From: an uncultured Chloroflexia bacterium
GTDB taxonomy: Bacteria; Chloroflexota; Limnocylindria; QHBO01
Direction of reading: 5' to 3'
Assembly: GCA_963814375.1 (NCBI GenBank)
Contig: CAWFCQ010000008.1
Span: 224,001-288,000 of the forward strand
Length of the DNA stretch: 64,000 bases
The position numbers were made by a program, and so were the translations under genes. Of the stretch, positions 9,032 to 23,159 are shown in pieces (the first letter of the stretch is position 1; each line of letters begins with the position of its first letter). Below the pieces are notes generated by a model. The model did no database searches. It was not told the origin of the DNA and saw only the letters and a program-made list of their open reading frames with translations.

Positions 9032-9484
9032 TCAGCCCCTGGCGCGCAGGGCTGCCTCGATCTCGTCCAGGTGCTCGCCCCGATGCTCGCCGCGGTCCGG
9101 GCTGATGGGGCTGTCAGGATCGCCGGGCCAGAGCCGGTCGAGAGGAAGCTCGGCCGCCTGAGCGTCGGTCTCCTCCGCGGTGCGCATCGCCAGCTCGGCT
9201 GCGGCCCTCGGCGCGATCGCATGAATCAGCGGACGCGTCGAGTCGTTCAGCCAGTCACCATCGGGCTCCTGGTCACCGGCGACCCAGGGCTCGCCGCGTT
9301 CGATCTTCCCGGCGAGGGTCTGGAAGCGAAGGTCCCAGTAAGCCATGTGTCCGAGCACGCCGGCCACCGTCCAGTACTCGTTCACCGGAGCCATGAGTGC
9401 CTCGTCGTCCAGGCCGTCCACCAGCGCCCGCAGCCGTTCTCGCTGGCGCGCGTTTGCCTCGATGTAGGGTCGTTCATCGGTCAT
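9032..9484 (-). CDS. DinB / maleylpyruvate-isomerase-N superfamily protein
   Basis: WTVAGVLGHMAYWD and C-terminal EHRGEHLDEI His motif. Confidence 0.8.
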   Translation of the reverse strand: MTDERPYIEANARQRERLRALVDGLDDEALMAPVNEYWTVAGVLGHMAYWDLRFQTLAGKIERGEPWVAGDQEPDGDWLNDSTRPLIHAIAPRAAAELAMRTAEETDAQAAELPLDRLWPGDPDSPISPDRGEHRGEHLDEIEAALRARG

Positions 9485-9538
9485 GCGCTCACCATACCGT
9501 CAGAGACGTCCTCGGCGGGGGACTGCCGTATGCCCCGA

Positions 9539-9568
9539 TTGACGCTTCACCATGCCAGCGTGTAGGAT
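9539..9568 (+). promoter_or_regulatory. Promoter for the 16S rRNA transcript
   Basis: TTGACG-18 nt-TAGGAT upstream of the 16S leader. Confidence 0.65.
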
Positions 9569-9708
9569 TCGTCTTCGCGTCGGCGTAAGCCGGCCGATTC
9601 ATCACGAACGGCGGCCACGGGCCGCGCCGCGTGGAGAGTCCGAGTAGGCCTCAAGAGGAGTGCTCGAATCGAACGAAGCCGAACCCGCGTCCGCGGATGA
9701 GGCAGAGT

Positions 9709-9754
9709 GGCTTACCAGCTGAAGAGTGACAGGAATCCACACGAGTCAGCGGGA
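9709..9754 (+). other. 5' arm of the pre-16S processing stem (pairs with 11458-11502)
   Basis: GCTGAAGAGTGACAGGAATCC is the exact reverse complement of GGATTCCTGTCACTCTTCAGC downstream of 16S; TCAGCGGGA/TCCCGCTGA also pair. Confidence 0.8.
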
Positions 9755-9820
9755 CAACGTCGAACTCTAAACCGGTGGAGCAGCACCAGAACGTCTGGGG
9801 CAAGACCACTGGTTTCGTTT

Positions 9821-11329
<1,509 letters not shown>

Positions 11330-11503
11330 GGGAGATATGTGGAGCCGGTTCGCCGGATCCACCGATCCCAGGTCGATCGGCCAGCTCACCGCAAGGACCG
11401 GTGCTCGAGGGAGCATCGGTGAATGAGCTGGACGCCCTCGAAGTCAGACGACCTGATTCCCGCTGATAACGCGGATTCCTGTCACTCTTCAGCCGCCAAG
11501 CCG

Positions 11504-11538
11504 AAGGCCGCCCTTTCGTTGGGGCGGCCTTTTCGTTT
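11504..11538 (+). terminator. Intrinsic terminator after 16S
   Basis: AAGGCCGCCC-loop-GGGCGGCCTT followed by TTCGTTT. Confidence 0.75.
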
Positions 11539-11592
11539 CTCAGAGCGGCTCGGCCCAGGGAACGTCCGTGGTCGACCGTCGGTGGCGGCGGG

Positions 11593-11778
11593 TCAGAGCA
11601 CCCCGATCCAGCGCACCACCGCGTAGACAACCACGGCGACGAGAATCGCGCCGACGATCCAGGTGCCACTACGGCGGGCGTTCTCGCTCACGGGCTGCCC
11701 GTAGGGATTGTCGACCCGCTGCCGGCTTTCCTCCCGCCGGGCATCGTTCTCGTGCCAGTCCTGCGGCGTCATCGTCAT
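11593..11778 (-). CDS. Small hypothetical protein with a C-terminal TM helix
   Basis: 61 aa, MTMTPQDW...WIVGAILVAVVVYAVVRWIGVL; TATGCT -10 box 6 nt upstream of the ATG. Confidence 0.65.
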   Translation of the reverse strand: MTMTPQDWHENDARREESRQRVDNPYGQPVSENARRSGTWIVGAILVAVVVYAVVRWIGVL

Positions 11779-11845
11779 GTCCCGAGCATACGACTCCGGT
11801 TCCGTCCCCATCGGCCGATCGGCTTGCGCGCCCGGTGATTCCCCG

Positions 11846-11854
11846 TGCTACGAT
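11846..11854 (+). promoter_or_regulatory. Extended -10 promoter (TGcTACGAT) for tRNA-Ile and downstream genes
   Basis: Identical TGCTACGATG also precedes tRNA-Ala. Confidence 0.55.
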
Positions 11855-11867
11855 GCCGCCTCCCGAG

Positions 11868-11944
11868 GGGCGTTTAGCTCAGCTGGTTAGAGCACTGCCC
11901 TGATAAGGCAGAGGTCTCTGGTTCGAGTCCAGAAACGCCCACCA
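11868..11944 (+). tRNA. tRNA-Ile(GAT)
   Basis: Anticodon arm CTGCC-CTGATAA-GGCAG, GGGCGTT/AACGCCC acceptor, ACCA. Confidence 0.97.
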
Positions 11945-11973
11945 CCTCACCTCCCTCGACCGATGGAGCGCCC

Positions 11974-12774
11974 GTGTCCTCAGACCCGGCCGGCACCGAG
12001 CCGATGACCGACGCGCGCCCGATGGGAGTCCTGGACGCACCGAACGACGGCCGCGCGCTGCACGCGACCATCAACGGCGTCGTCTATGCGCGGCATCCGG
12101 TTCGGACCCATCTCGTCACCGCCGCCGACGACGCCGCGCAGGTGGTCGGTCGCTACGCAGGCGCGCTCGGGGACGACGTGCGCCTTGTCGCGGTCAGCGA
12201 GCGCATGGTCGCGATCACGCAGGGCCGTTCCTATCCGATCGATGAGATCCAGCCGGGGCGGCTGGCGAGGTTCCTCGAGCGGTATGTGACGCGGCCCGGC
12301 TACGGCATCGGCCTGGGATCGGCGCAGACGATGCAGCTGGCGATCGACGAGGTCGGCGCGCCGAGGATCCTTCTGGCCGCCGCGGCATCGGCGGTGACGA
12401 AGCCCTTCGGCGTCCACGGCGTCTTCTACCGCGTGGCAGGACCGCAGGCGAAGGCGATCGACGGCCCGACGTCGTACACCATCCCGCCGTACAACAAGGC
12501 CGCCACGCTCGGGCCGAGCAGGCCCGACGACGCGGCGCGCGGCCTGGCTGCCGCGGTCGGCATTCCGGTTGCGATCATCGACGCCAACGACGCCGGCTGC
12601 GCGGTGCTCGGCGCCAGCCCGGGCGTCGATCGTCGCTTCGTCGCCCGTCTCTTCGCCGACAACCCGCTCGGACAGGCGCGGGAGCAGACCCCCATGTGCG
12701 TCGTGCGCGAGGTCGCCTGGCCGCCAGACCAGGATCTTCCCCCCGAGCCTCGTCGTCGGCTGACCCCACCCTAG
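11974..12774 (+). CDS. CofE-like (F420-0:gamma-glutamyl ligase family) protein
   Basis: PVRTHLV, VAVSERMVAITQGR, GVFYRVAG...AIDG, AIIDAND, DNPLGQ..EQTP; start uncertain (11974 or 12004). Confidence 0.72.
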   Translation: MSSDPAGTEPMTDARPMGVLDAPNDGRALHATINGVVYARHPVRTHLVTAADDAAQVVGRYAGALGDDVRLVAVSERMVAITQGRSYPIDEIQPGRLARFLERYVTRPGYGIGLGSAQTMQLAIDEVGAPRILLAAAASAVTKPFGVHGVFYRVAGPQAKAIDGPTSYTIPPYNKAATLGPSRPDDAARGLAAAVGIPVAIIDANDAGCAVLGASPGVDRRFVARLFADNPLGQAREQTPMCVVREVAWPPDQDLPPEPRRRLTPP

Positions 12775-12785
12775 GCGGTGCATCC

Positions 12786-13646
12786 GTGGCCAGCCCGACT
12801 GCTCGCCAGCTCATCCTGACGCTCTCGTGCCCCGATGGGCGAGGGATCGTGGCGCGAGTCGCGGGCCTCATTGCGGCCGGCGATGGAAACATCATCGACA
12901 GCCACCAGTTCGGCGATCCTGACGCGGGCCGGTTCTTCATGCGAATCCACTTCGACGCCGCCGGGCGGCCGCTGGAGGAGTGGCGCGCCACACTCGCGCC
13001 GCTGGCCGTCGAGCTCGAGATGACGTGGGAGCTCCATGACGTCGCCGTTCGCCCCCGCGTCCTGGTGCTGGTCTCGCGCGAGGGCCACTGCCTTAACGAC
13101 CTCCTCTACCGCTGGCGGACCGGGTCCATCGCCGGCGACGTCGTCGGGGTCGCGTCGCCGTACGCCGACTTCGCTGAGCTGGCGGCTGCCTACGGTGTGC
13201 CCTGGCACACGCTCCCCGGAACTGGCGCCGCGCGGGGCGAGCTCGACCGTGCGCTCCTCGACCTCGTGGACCAGGATGCCGTGGATCTCGTCGTCCTCGC
13301 CCGCTTCATGCAGGTGCTCGGCGACGAGGCGTGTGCCGCACTCGCCGGGAGAGCGATCAACATCCACCACTCGTTCCTGCCGTCGTTCAAGGGGGCCAGG
13401 CCGTATCGCCAGGCGCACGACCGCGGCGTGAAGCTCATCGGTGCCACCGCGCATTACGTGACCGAGGAGCTCGACGAAGGCCCGATCATCGAGCAGGAGG
13501 TGGCGCGGGTCGATCACGCGCACAGCGTCGCCGAGATGGCGCACAACGGCCGTGATGTCGAATGCGTCGCGTTAGCACGCGCGGTTCGCTGGCACGTCGA
13601 GCACCGCGTCCTGCTCCATGGGCGGCGCACCGTCGTCTTTCGCTGA
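12786..13646 (+). CDS. purU: Formyltetrahydrofolate deformylase
   Basis: ACT domain LSCPDGRGIVA, HCLNDLLYR, LARFMQVL, INIHHSFLPSFKGARPY, GATAHYVT, DEGPIIEQ. Confidence 0.96.
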   Translation: MASPTARQLILTLSCPDGRGIVARVAGLIAAGDGNIIDSHQFGDPDAGRFFMRIHFDAAGRPLEEWRATLAPLAVELEMTWELHDVAVRPRVLVLVSREGHCLNDLLYRWRTGSIAGDVVGVASPYADFAELAAAYGVPWHTLPGTGAARGELDRALLDLVDQDAVDLVVLARFMQVLGDEACAALAGRAINIHHSFLPSFKGARPYRQAHDRGVKLIGATAHYVTEELDEGPIIEQEVARVDHAHSVAEMAHNGRDVECVALARAVRWHVEHRVLLHGRRTVVFR

Positions 13647-13654
13647 CCAGCCGC

Positions 13655-14983
13655 TCAGGCCGGGTCGATAACCGAGAACAGCTGCCACGATCCGTCGAAG
13701 CCCTTCAGGGTCCTCCGGCCCACATCGGCGAAGGTGATGCCCGATCCGGCCACGAGGTCGCGCACCGTGCTCGAGACCAGGATCTCGCCCGCAGCCGCCT
13801 CGCCGGCAACTCGCGCGCCGATGTTGACGGCGATGCCGGCGACCTTGTCGCCGAGGACCTCGACCTCGCCGGTGTGCAGGCCGGCCCGCAGCCCGAGGCC
13901 GAGGTCCGCGACACCGGCCATGATGGCCCGCGCGCAGCGGATGGCTCGGGCCGGGCCGTCGAAGGTGGCGAAGAACCCGTCCCCCGCGGTATCCACCTCG
14001 CGACCGTCGAACCGGGTCAGCTCTCGTCGAATCGCTGTGTGATGCTGCTCGAGGAGGTCGCGCCAGCGGCGATCGCCCAGCGACGCCGCCATCTCGCTCG
14101 ACGTCACCAGGTCGGTGAACAGGATCGTCACGAGCACGCGATCGGGGCTGGCGGTCTCGCGCGTGCCGGTGAGGAACTCGCGGATCTCGGCGACGGTCGG
14201 CTCCGGGTCGAACCACGGAACGTGATCGGACCCGGGCAGCTCGACGTAGCGCGCGCCCGGGATGTGGCGTGCCAGGTACCGGCCGTTCTCGACGTGGCAG
14301 ACGCGGTCATCGGCGGCATGGATGACGAGGGTCGGGACGTTGACGGTGGGCACGACATCACGCACGTCGATCTCGAATGCCATGCGCATGAACGCCTCGG
14401 CCGCGCTGGGGGTCGCCGCGTTGAGCTGCACTTTGGCCCGCCAGGCGCGGGCCCACTCGAGGCCATTCACGCTCGGCGCGATCTGCCAGATCCCGGTCCC
14501 GCCACCCCAGCGGCCGGCAAGGCCGGCCATGTTCGCCTCGTGCTCCTCGACGGTGGCCTCGCCCCAGGGCCACTCCTCGTCGGTGCGCTCGCGCACCTCC
14601 CCGCCCTGAAGGATCAGCGCCGACGTGCGCTCCGGATGCGCGGCCGCGAAGAGAAGCGCCAGCGGCCCGCCCTCGGACTCCCCGATGATGGCGGCGCGCT
14701 CGCTGCCGACCGCATCCATGATCGCGCGGATGTCGTCCATCCGATCCTCGAGCGTTGTGGCGCCCGGTACCCGATCCGACATGCCGTACCCGCGTTTGTC
14801 GAAGAGGATGAGCCGGGTGAACTCGGCCAGGCGCTCGCAGTAGTGACGGAAGGCGGGCAGCTCCCAGTACACGTCGAGGTGTGTATACGAGCCCTGCGCG
14901 TAGACGAGATCGATCGGTCCATCCCCCACGACGCGGTACGCCACGTTGACGTCGCCGCTGCGGGCGAAGCGAACCTCGGTCAC
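13655..14983 (-). CDS. Alpha/beta hydrolase fused to an adenylate/guanylate cyclase domain (LipJ-like)
   Basis: FDKRGYGMSD, GESEGG nucleophile elbow, ILFTDLVTS, DTAGDGFFATFDGP, RAGLHTGE, VNIGARV; GTG start at 14983. Confidence 0.92.
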   Translation of the reverse strand: MTEVRFARSGDVNVAYRVVGDGPIDLVYAQGSYTHLDVYWELPAFRHYCERLAEFTRLILFDKRGYGMSDRVPGATTLEDRMDDIRAIMDAVGSERAAIIGESEGGPLALLFAAAHPERTSALILQGGEVRERTDEEWPWGEATVEEHEANMAGLAGRWGGGTGIWQIAPSVNGLEWARAWRAKVQLNAATPSAAEAFMRMAFEIDVRDVVPTVNVPTLVIHAADDRVCHVENGRYLARHIPGARYVELPGSDHVPWFDPEPTVAEIREFLTGTRETASPDRVLVTILFTDLVTSSEMAASLGDRRWRDLLEQHHTAIRRELTRFDGREVDTAGDGFFATFDGPARAIRCARAIMAGVADLGLGLRAGLHTGEVEVLGDKVAGIAVNIGARVAGEAAAGEILVSSTVRDLVAGSGITFADVGRRTLKGFDGSWQLFSVIDPA

Positions 14984-14989
14984 GCGACG

Positions 14990-15018
14990 AGGGTCACGGT
15001 CGCATCGGAGGCTGTCAA
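14990..15018 (-). promoter_or_regulatory. Promoter for the hydrolase-cyclase gene (probably leaderless)
   Basis: TTGACA-17 nt-GACCCT, 6 nt before the GTG. Confidence 0.5.
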
Positions 15019-15049
15019 GGCGCAGACGCGCTGGGCCGGATGCCCCGTT

Positions 15050-15058
15050 TGCTACGAT
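15050..15058 (+). promoter_or_regulatory. Extended -10 promoter (TGcTACGAT) for tRNA-Ala
   Basis: Same motif as before tRNA-Ile, 12 nt before the tRNA. Confidence 0.55.
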
Positions 15059-15070
15059 GGGCGTTCCGGT

Positions 15071-15146
15071 GGGGATGTAGCTCAGCTGGGAGAGCACCTC
15101 CTTTGCAAGGAGGGGGTCAGGGGTTCGAGTCCCCTCATCTCCACCA
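15071..15146 (+). tRNA. tRNA-Ala(TGC)
   Basis: GGGGATG/CATCTCC acceptor with G3:U70, anticodon arm CCTCC-TTTGCAA-GGAGG, CCA. Confidence 0.97.
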
Positions 15147-15398
15147 TCTCGATCCGCTCGCTTTCGCTGCGCGTCGGCGACCCAGCGTCGCGGCTGACCG
15201 CGGTTGCGTTCTCTGTGGACCCCGAACTGGGAAGGATTGCGACGCCGAACGGGGCTTGATATTCCTGACCGTCGTGGGTATCTCAGAAGACGTGCGCCAG
15301 ATGCAGGAGTCGACAACCGCGGCCGTATGGTCGGCTCGCCGAGAATAATCCCGCGATGGTTACCGATCCTGCGCGCTAGCTACCCGCCCGTGGTTCGG

Positions 15399-15427
15399 TT
15401 GACCGTGTTCGGGGCGGCTGGTAAAGT
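15399..15427 (+). promoter_or_regulatory. Promoter for the 23S-5S transcript
   Basis: TTGACC-17 nt-TAAAGT with TG extension. Confidence 0.65.
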
Positions 15428-15612
15428 AGGCGGGCTCTCGCGGGGAGACCGCCGAAGGTCATCCTCGCGATCGTTGCGCACAAGCCCCAGAGACGACCTC
15501 GGTCTTTCCGACCGCGCGTCTCGGCGCCTGCGCGACGGGCCTTATCAATCGAAGAGTGGAAGCATCGATTTCGTCGAGGATTTTCCGACGCGACCGCAGA
15601 CGTTTGTCGCCG

Positions 15613-15637
15613 CCAGCACCGTGCTAGCCGCGTGAAC
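15613..15637 (+). other. 5' arm of the pre-23S processing stem (pairs with 18719-18743)
   Basis: CCAGCACCGTGCTAGCCGCGTGAAC vs GTTCACGCGACTAGCACGCTGCTGG. Confidence 0.75.
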
Positions 15638-15642
15638 GCTGT

Positions 15643-18718
<3,076 letters not shown>

Positions 18719-18847
18719 GTTCACGCGACTAGCACGCTGCTGGATCGCGCTCGGAAGGTGGCCGCCGCGCCACCGTCCACGATGATTCGACGCTTCCACC
18801 CTTCGACGCGCCCGCTCAGCGGGCGTCGGTCGGCAATTGAAGATCTG

Positions 18848-18965
<118 letters not shown>

Positions 18966-19027
18966 TATTTCACGTAAATGCAAGCCCTGCCGGTTTCACC
19001 GGTGGGGCGCTTGCTATGCTCCGGGCC

Positions 19028-19750
19028 GTGGATCGCGTCTGCCCACTGCTCGGCCTGGCCGGCGATCGTCGCACGGCCGTGGATGGGGTCGACGGGGCGC
19101 ACCGTTGCCACGCCGATGAACCGCCGACGCCGCTCGATCGGAACCTCCAGGCGCAGCTCTGCCTGACGCCCGCGCACGAGCGCTGCGAGCGCTACCTCCA
19201 GTACCTCACGCGGACTGGAACGATGACGCCGGGCCGATCGACGCTGGCCGACGGACTCATCTCGACGCGCATGCTGCTTGCCCCGCAACCGCCATGGCGC
19301 GGCCTGGCCGGCACGGCGCGACGGCCTCGGCCCGCACCGCTGGTCGCGACCGGCGGCGCCGTGGTCCTGCTCGGTGTCGCGGGCGTGGCGCTCGCCAGCG
19401 GGCTGCTGGGGCGCGAGCCAGGCGCAGTCGCGATGAGCGCGAGTCCCAACCCAACCGATGGACCCACGCCGCTCCAGACACCTTCGATCGCCCCCACGCC
19501 GTCGCCAACCGCGACCCCGTTACCCACGCCGAGTCCGACCCCGCTTGCGACACCCGCGCCGACGCCAACGCCTGTCCCAGCCACGCCGGTACCGACGCCC
19601 GTCCCGGCTCAGACCTATGTCGTCGTCGCCGGCGACAACCTCGCCCTGATCGCCGACCGATTCGGGACGACGGTGCAGGCGCTCATGGCGGCCAACGGGC
19701 TCGAGAATCCGAACGTCATCACCATCGGGCAGGTCCTGATCATCCCCTGA
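19028..19750 (+). CDS. Membrane protein with an N-terminal Cys/His domain, TM helix, Pro/Thr linker and C-terminal LysM
   Basis: [45 protein letters not shown] is a canonical LysM domain. Confidence 0.88.
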   Translation: MDRVCPLLGLAGDRRTAVDGVDGAHRCHADEPPTPLDRNLQAQLCLTPAHERCERYLQYLTRTGTMTPGRSTLADGLISTRMLLAPQPPWRGLAGTARRPRPAPLVATGGAVVLLGVAGVALASGLLGREPGAVAMSASPNPTDGPTPLQTPSIAPTPSPTATPLPTPSPTPLATPAPTPTPVPATPVPTPVPAQTYVVVAGDNLALIADRFGTTVQALMAANGLENPNVITIGQVLIIP

Positions 19751-19756
19751 GCGCCG

Positions 19757-20575
19757 TCAGAACGGCGGCTGGCAGGTCCGGCAGAACGTCGTCGCCTCGC
19801 GCCCTCCGATCTGGCGCAGCTCGCGACCGCAGCGCGGGCACGGCTCACCGCCGCGCAGATGGACCTTGAGGAACTCGCGATGCTGGGTCTGGATCTCGGG
19901 CGGCACGAGGCCGCGCAGCCGCTGCTGAGCATCGCCGAGGACCTCGCGCATCGCCACGTACAGCCGGCCGACATCGGCGTCGGAGATGGTGCTTCGCTTG
20001 CGAAAAGGCGCCAGCTGCGCCGTCCACAGGATCTCGTCGCTGTACGCATTGCCGATGCCCGCGACGAAGCGCGGGTTGCGCAGGAGCGGCTTCAGCTCAC
20101 CGGGGTGGCGGCGAATGCGCTGGCGGAAGAGGTCCAGCGTGAGCTCCGGATCGTCGGCGTCCGGCCCCATCTCGGGCCAGCCGGGGATGTCATCCATCCC
20201 ATCGGGGGCGACGAGGTACAGCTTGCCGAGCATCTCGCGGTCCACGTAGCGGAGGTCCTCTTCCCCGTCGAGGCCGATCTGGAGCCCGGTCCGCGCGCGG
20301 ACGCGCTCTCGGCTGGCGGTGATCCAGAATCGGCCGGCGAGCATCGGGTTGGCAGCCAGGATGCGATCGGGACGACCATCGCGCTCGAACGGCAGCATGA
20401 GGAACTTGCCGCGACGTCCAGCGGCGCCGATGACGCTGCCGACCAGCCCTTCCAGCTCCTCCGGCGTGGCCCGCACCAGAATCGGTGCCGGCGCGGCCAC
20501 GCGTAGGACGCGGCGGCCGACGATGCGTCGGCCCAGCTCCTCGGCCACGACCGTCAGATCAGGCAGCTCAGGCAC
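19757..20575 (-). CDS. Fpg/Nei-family DNA glycosylase
   Basis: N-terminal PELPD, RRGKF, H2TH AGIGNAYSDEIL, C-terminal CPRC...FCRTCQ zinc finger. Confidence 0.93.
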   Translation of the reverse strand: MPELPDLTVVAEELGRRIVGRRVLRVAAPAPILVRATPEELEGLVGSVIGAAGRRGKFLMLPFERDGRPDRILAANPMLAGRFWITASRERVRARTGLQIGLDGEEDLRYVDREMLGKLYLVAPDGMDDIPGWPEMGPDADDPELTLDLFRQRIRRHPGELKPLLRNPRFVAGIGNAYSDEILWTAQLAPFRKRSTISDADVGRLYVAMREVLGDAQQRLRGLVPPEIQTQHREFLKVHLRGGEPCPRCGRELRQIGGREATTFCRTCQPPF

Positions 20576-20802
20576 GGCGCGGGGACCCCATTGGAGCGTA
20601 TGGTATGCTCTCGCGGCCGTGTGGCAGACAACCCCATAAGTCCGCGCGTGAGCGCGTCGTTCCCTTCGGCATGCGTAAAGGAGCACCGAGTCGTCCTAAG
20701 AGACAGCAGGCAGCACCTGACAGCGACGAACGGTGATGAACGCCCTCCACGCGGAGGGCGTTGTTGCTGTCGCGGACTTCATCGACAGGAGCGTATGTTC
20801 AT

Positions 20803-22948
20803 TTGACCGAAGAGACGAAGCAGCCGACCACGCGCGGTGACGACGACACAGCCGTGACCGTCGCGGAGCAGCCGGAGGCGCCGATCGCCGAGGAGACCGA
20901 TACGGCAGAGACGCCGACGGCAGAGGCGATCGTTGACCAGGCCGTCGAGGCCCCACCCGCCGACGCAAGCGAGCCCAGTGCGCCGGAGCCAGCCGAGGCA
21001 CCGGAGGCCGCAGAGGCACCGCAGGCGGCAGAGGCACCGCTGGCGGCAGAGGCACCACAGGCCGCCGACGACGTGCAGGCCGAGGCACCGGCCACAGAAC
21101 CGGCTCAGCTCGAGGTCGGCGAGGCCGTCCCGACATCCACCGACGAATCCAGCGCCGATGCCGCGGCGGATCCCGTGACCCCGCCGGCTGACGTGGATGA
21201 GACGGTTGCGGTGCCCGTCGAGGCACCGGACGCCGAGGCTCCGGCTGCGACGTCCGAGTCCTCCGAGTCCTCCGAGGCAGACGCTTCGGAACCGGTCGCT
21301 GAGCCACTTCCCGAGCCCACGACGATGGCCGAGTTCCTCGACCACCCCGACCACGAAGTGAAGAGCCTGAAGCATGGCGACGTGGTCGAGGGCACCGTGG
21401 TTCGCATCGACCCGGACGAGATCCTCGTCGACTTCGGCGGCAAGAGCGAGGGCGTCGTCAGCAACCGCGAGCTCATGAACCGACGGGGCCCGCGCGACGG
21501 CGAAGAGAGCCGCCCGGAGATCCAGGTCGGCAGCGAGGTGCTCGTCTACGTCCTCCAGCCCGAGTCGCCTGAAGGCCACGCAGTCCTGTCGCTCCGTCGC
21601 GCCGGTCTCGAGCGCAAGTGGCGCTCGATGCAGGAGCGCTTCGACGCCGGCGAGATCGTCGAGGCCCGCGTCATCGACCACAACAAGGGCGGCCTCATCG
21701 TCGACCTCGGGGTGCGCGGCTTCGTGCCGATCAGCCAGATCGTCGACTTCCCACGCCGCCCGCGCGATGAGCAGCCACGGGACGCCGCGCAGGAGATCGC
21801 GGAGAAGCTCCAGCCGTTCGTCAACCGCACCCTTCGCCTCAAGATCCTCGAAGTCAATCGCAAGGCGAACCGGCTCATCCTCTCGGAGAAGGTCGCCCTC
21901 TACGAGGAGCGCCGCGAGAAGCGCGACGAGCTGTTCAGCAGCCTCGAGACCGGCCAGAAGGTCACGGGCGTCGTCCGCTCGATCGCGCCGTTCGGCGTCT
22001 TCGTCGACCTCGGCGGGATCGACGGTCTCGTGCACAAGAGCGAGCTCTCCTGGAACAAGGTCAACAATCCGGAGACCGCGTACCAGATCGGCGACGAGGT
22101 AGAGGCCGAGGTCATCGACATCAACCACGAGCGTGGCCGCATCAGCCTCTCCATCCGCCGCCTCCAGCCCGATCCGTGGCAGGAGTCGGTCGCGAAGTAC
22201 AAGATCGGCGACGTCATCGATGGAACGGTCACGAAGCTCGTGAACTTCGGCGCGTTCGTCCGCGTCGAGGAGGGGCTCGAGGGCCTGATCCACATCAGCG
22301 AGCTCTCCCACCAGCGCGTGGCTCACCCGGGCGACGTCGTCCAGGAGGGGCAGGAGGTGAAGCTGCGCATCATCAGCCTGGACTCGGAGCGCCATCGGCT
22401 CGGCCTCAGCCTCAAGCAGGCCGAGGACCGCCCGGCGCCGGCGCCGCGCGAGGAGCGTCCGCGACGCGACCGTGCGCCACGGCGCGATCGCTTCGAGTAT
22501 CGGCCGGAGGATGCGACAGCCGAGCCGGAGGGCGGCATCGACAACACGATGGCCGCTGCCTTTGCCAGCTCCGGGCTCCTCGACCAGTTCCGCTCTTCCG
22601 ACGAGGAGCCGGCCGCTCCCGCCGAGCCCTCCACCGCCGAGGCATCGACCGCCGTGGCCGATGAGACCGAGCAGGTGACCGACGAGGACGCGCCAGCCGC
22701 CGAGCCCGAGGCGACCGCGGAGGTAGCCGCCGAGCCGGAGGCGACCGCCGAGGCAGCCGCTGAGCCAGCGGCCGAGGCCGAGGCGACCGCCGAGGCAGCC
22801 GACGAGCCCGCCGACCGCCGAGGCAGCCGCCGAGCCCGAGCCCGCGCCAGCGGCTGAGGAGGCGACCGCAGAGGCAGCCGCCGAGCCAGCCGCCGCCGAG
22901 GCCGAGACGACCGCCGAGGCAGCGACCGAGGACGAGCCGAAGGCCTGA
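20803..22948 (+). CDS. rpsA: 30S ribosomal protein S1 (4 S1 domains) with long acidic N- and C-terminal extensions; apparent +1 frameshift at about 22811 in the tail
   Basis: GDVVEGTVV, NKGGLIVDLGVRGFVP, FGVFVDLGGIDGLVHKSELSW, FGAFVRVEEGLEGLIHISEL. TTG start after AGGAG; the tail repeat pattern continues in the +1 frame to TGA 22946-22948. Confidence 0.9.
20990..21065 (+). repeat. Imperfect 18-bp coding tandem repeat (AEAP[E/Q/L]A)x4 in the S1 N-terminal extension
   Basis: Successive GCAGAGGCACC units at 18-nt spacing. Confidence 0.7.
22695..22940 (+). repeat. Imperfect coding repeats (EATAEAAAEP-like) in the S1 C-terminal tail
   Basis: GACCGCCGAGGCAGC recurs several times. Confidence 0.7.
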
Positions 22949-23159
22949 CCCGCGGCCATGTGGCCGCGCAACTGGCTGTCACGGACAAGGGGAGCTGCCC
23001 TCGGGCGAGCTCCCCTCGTCGCGTCTCCGGGCGGAACGATGATCGAAATCGTGCCGTCAACCGTATGAAAGGCACGGTACGAAAGGCGTGCCCGGCCGCA
23101 GCGGCCGGCCGCACAGGTGCCGTAAACTGCGAAGCAGACCACCACAGGGCCTGGCGACC

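Noticed and set aside
11540-15070. Genes inside the rRNA spacer as an integrative element at tRNA-Ile or tRNA-Ala
   Set aside because: There is no integrase or transposase and no duplicated tRNA 3' end, and the codon style matches the host.
14984-15316. 110-aa N-terminal extension of the hydrolase-cyclase given in the ORF track
   Set aside because: It runs antisense through tRNA-Ala. Family similarity starts at the GTG at 14983, which has its own promoter-like motif.
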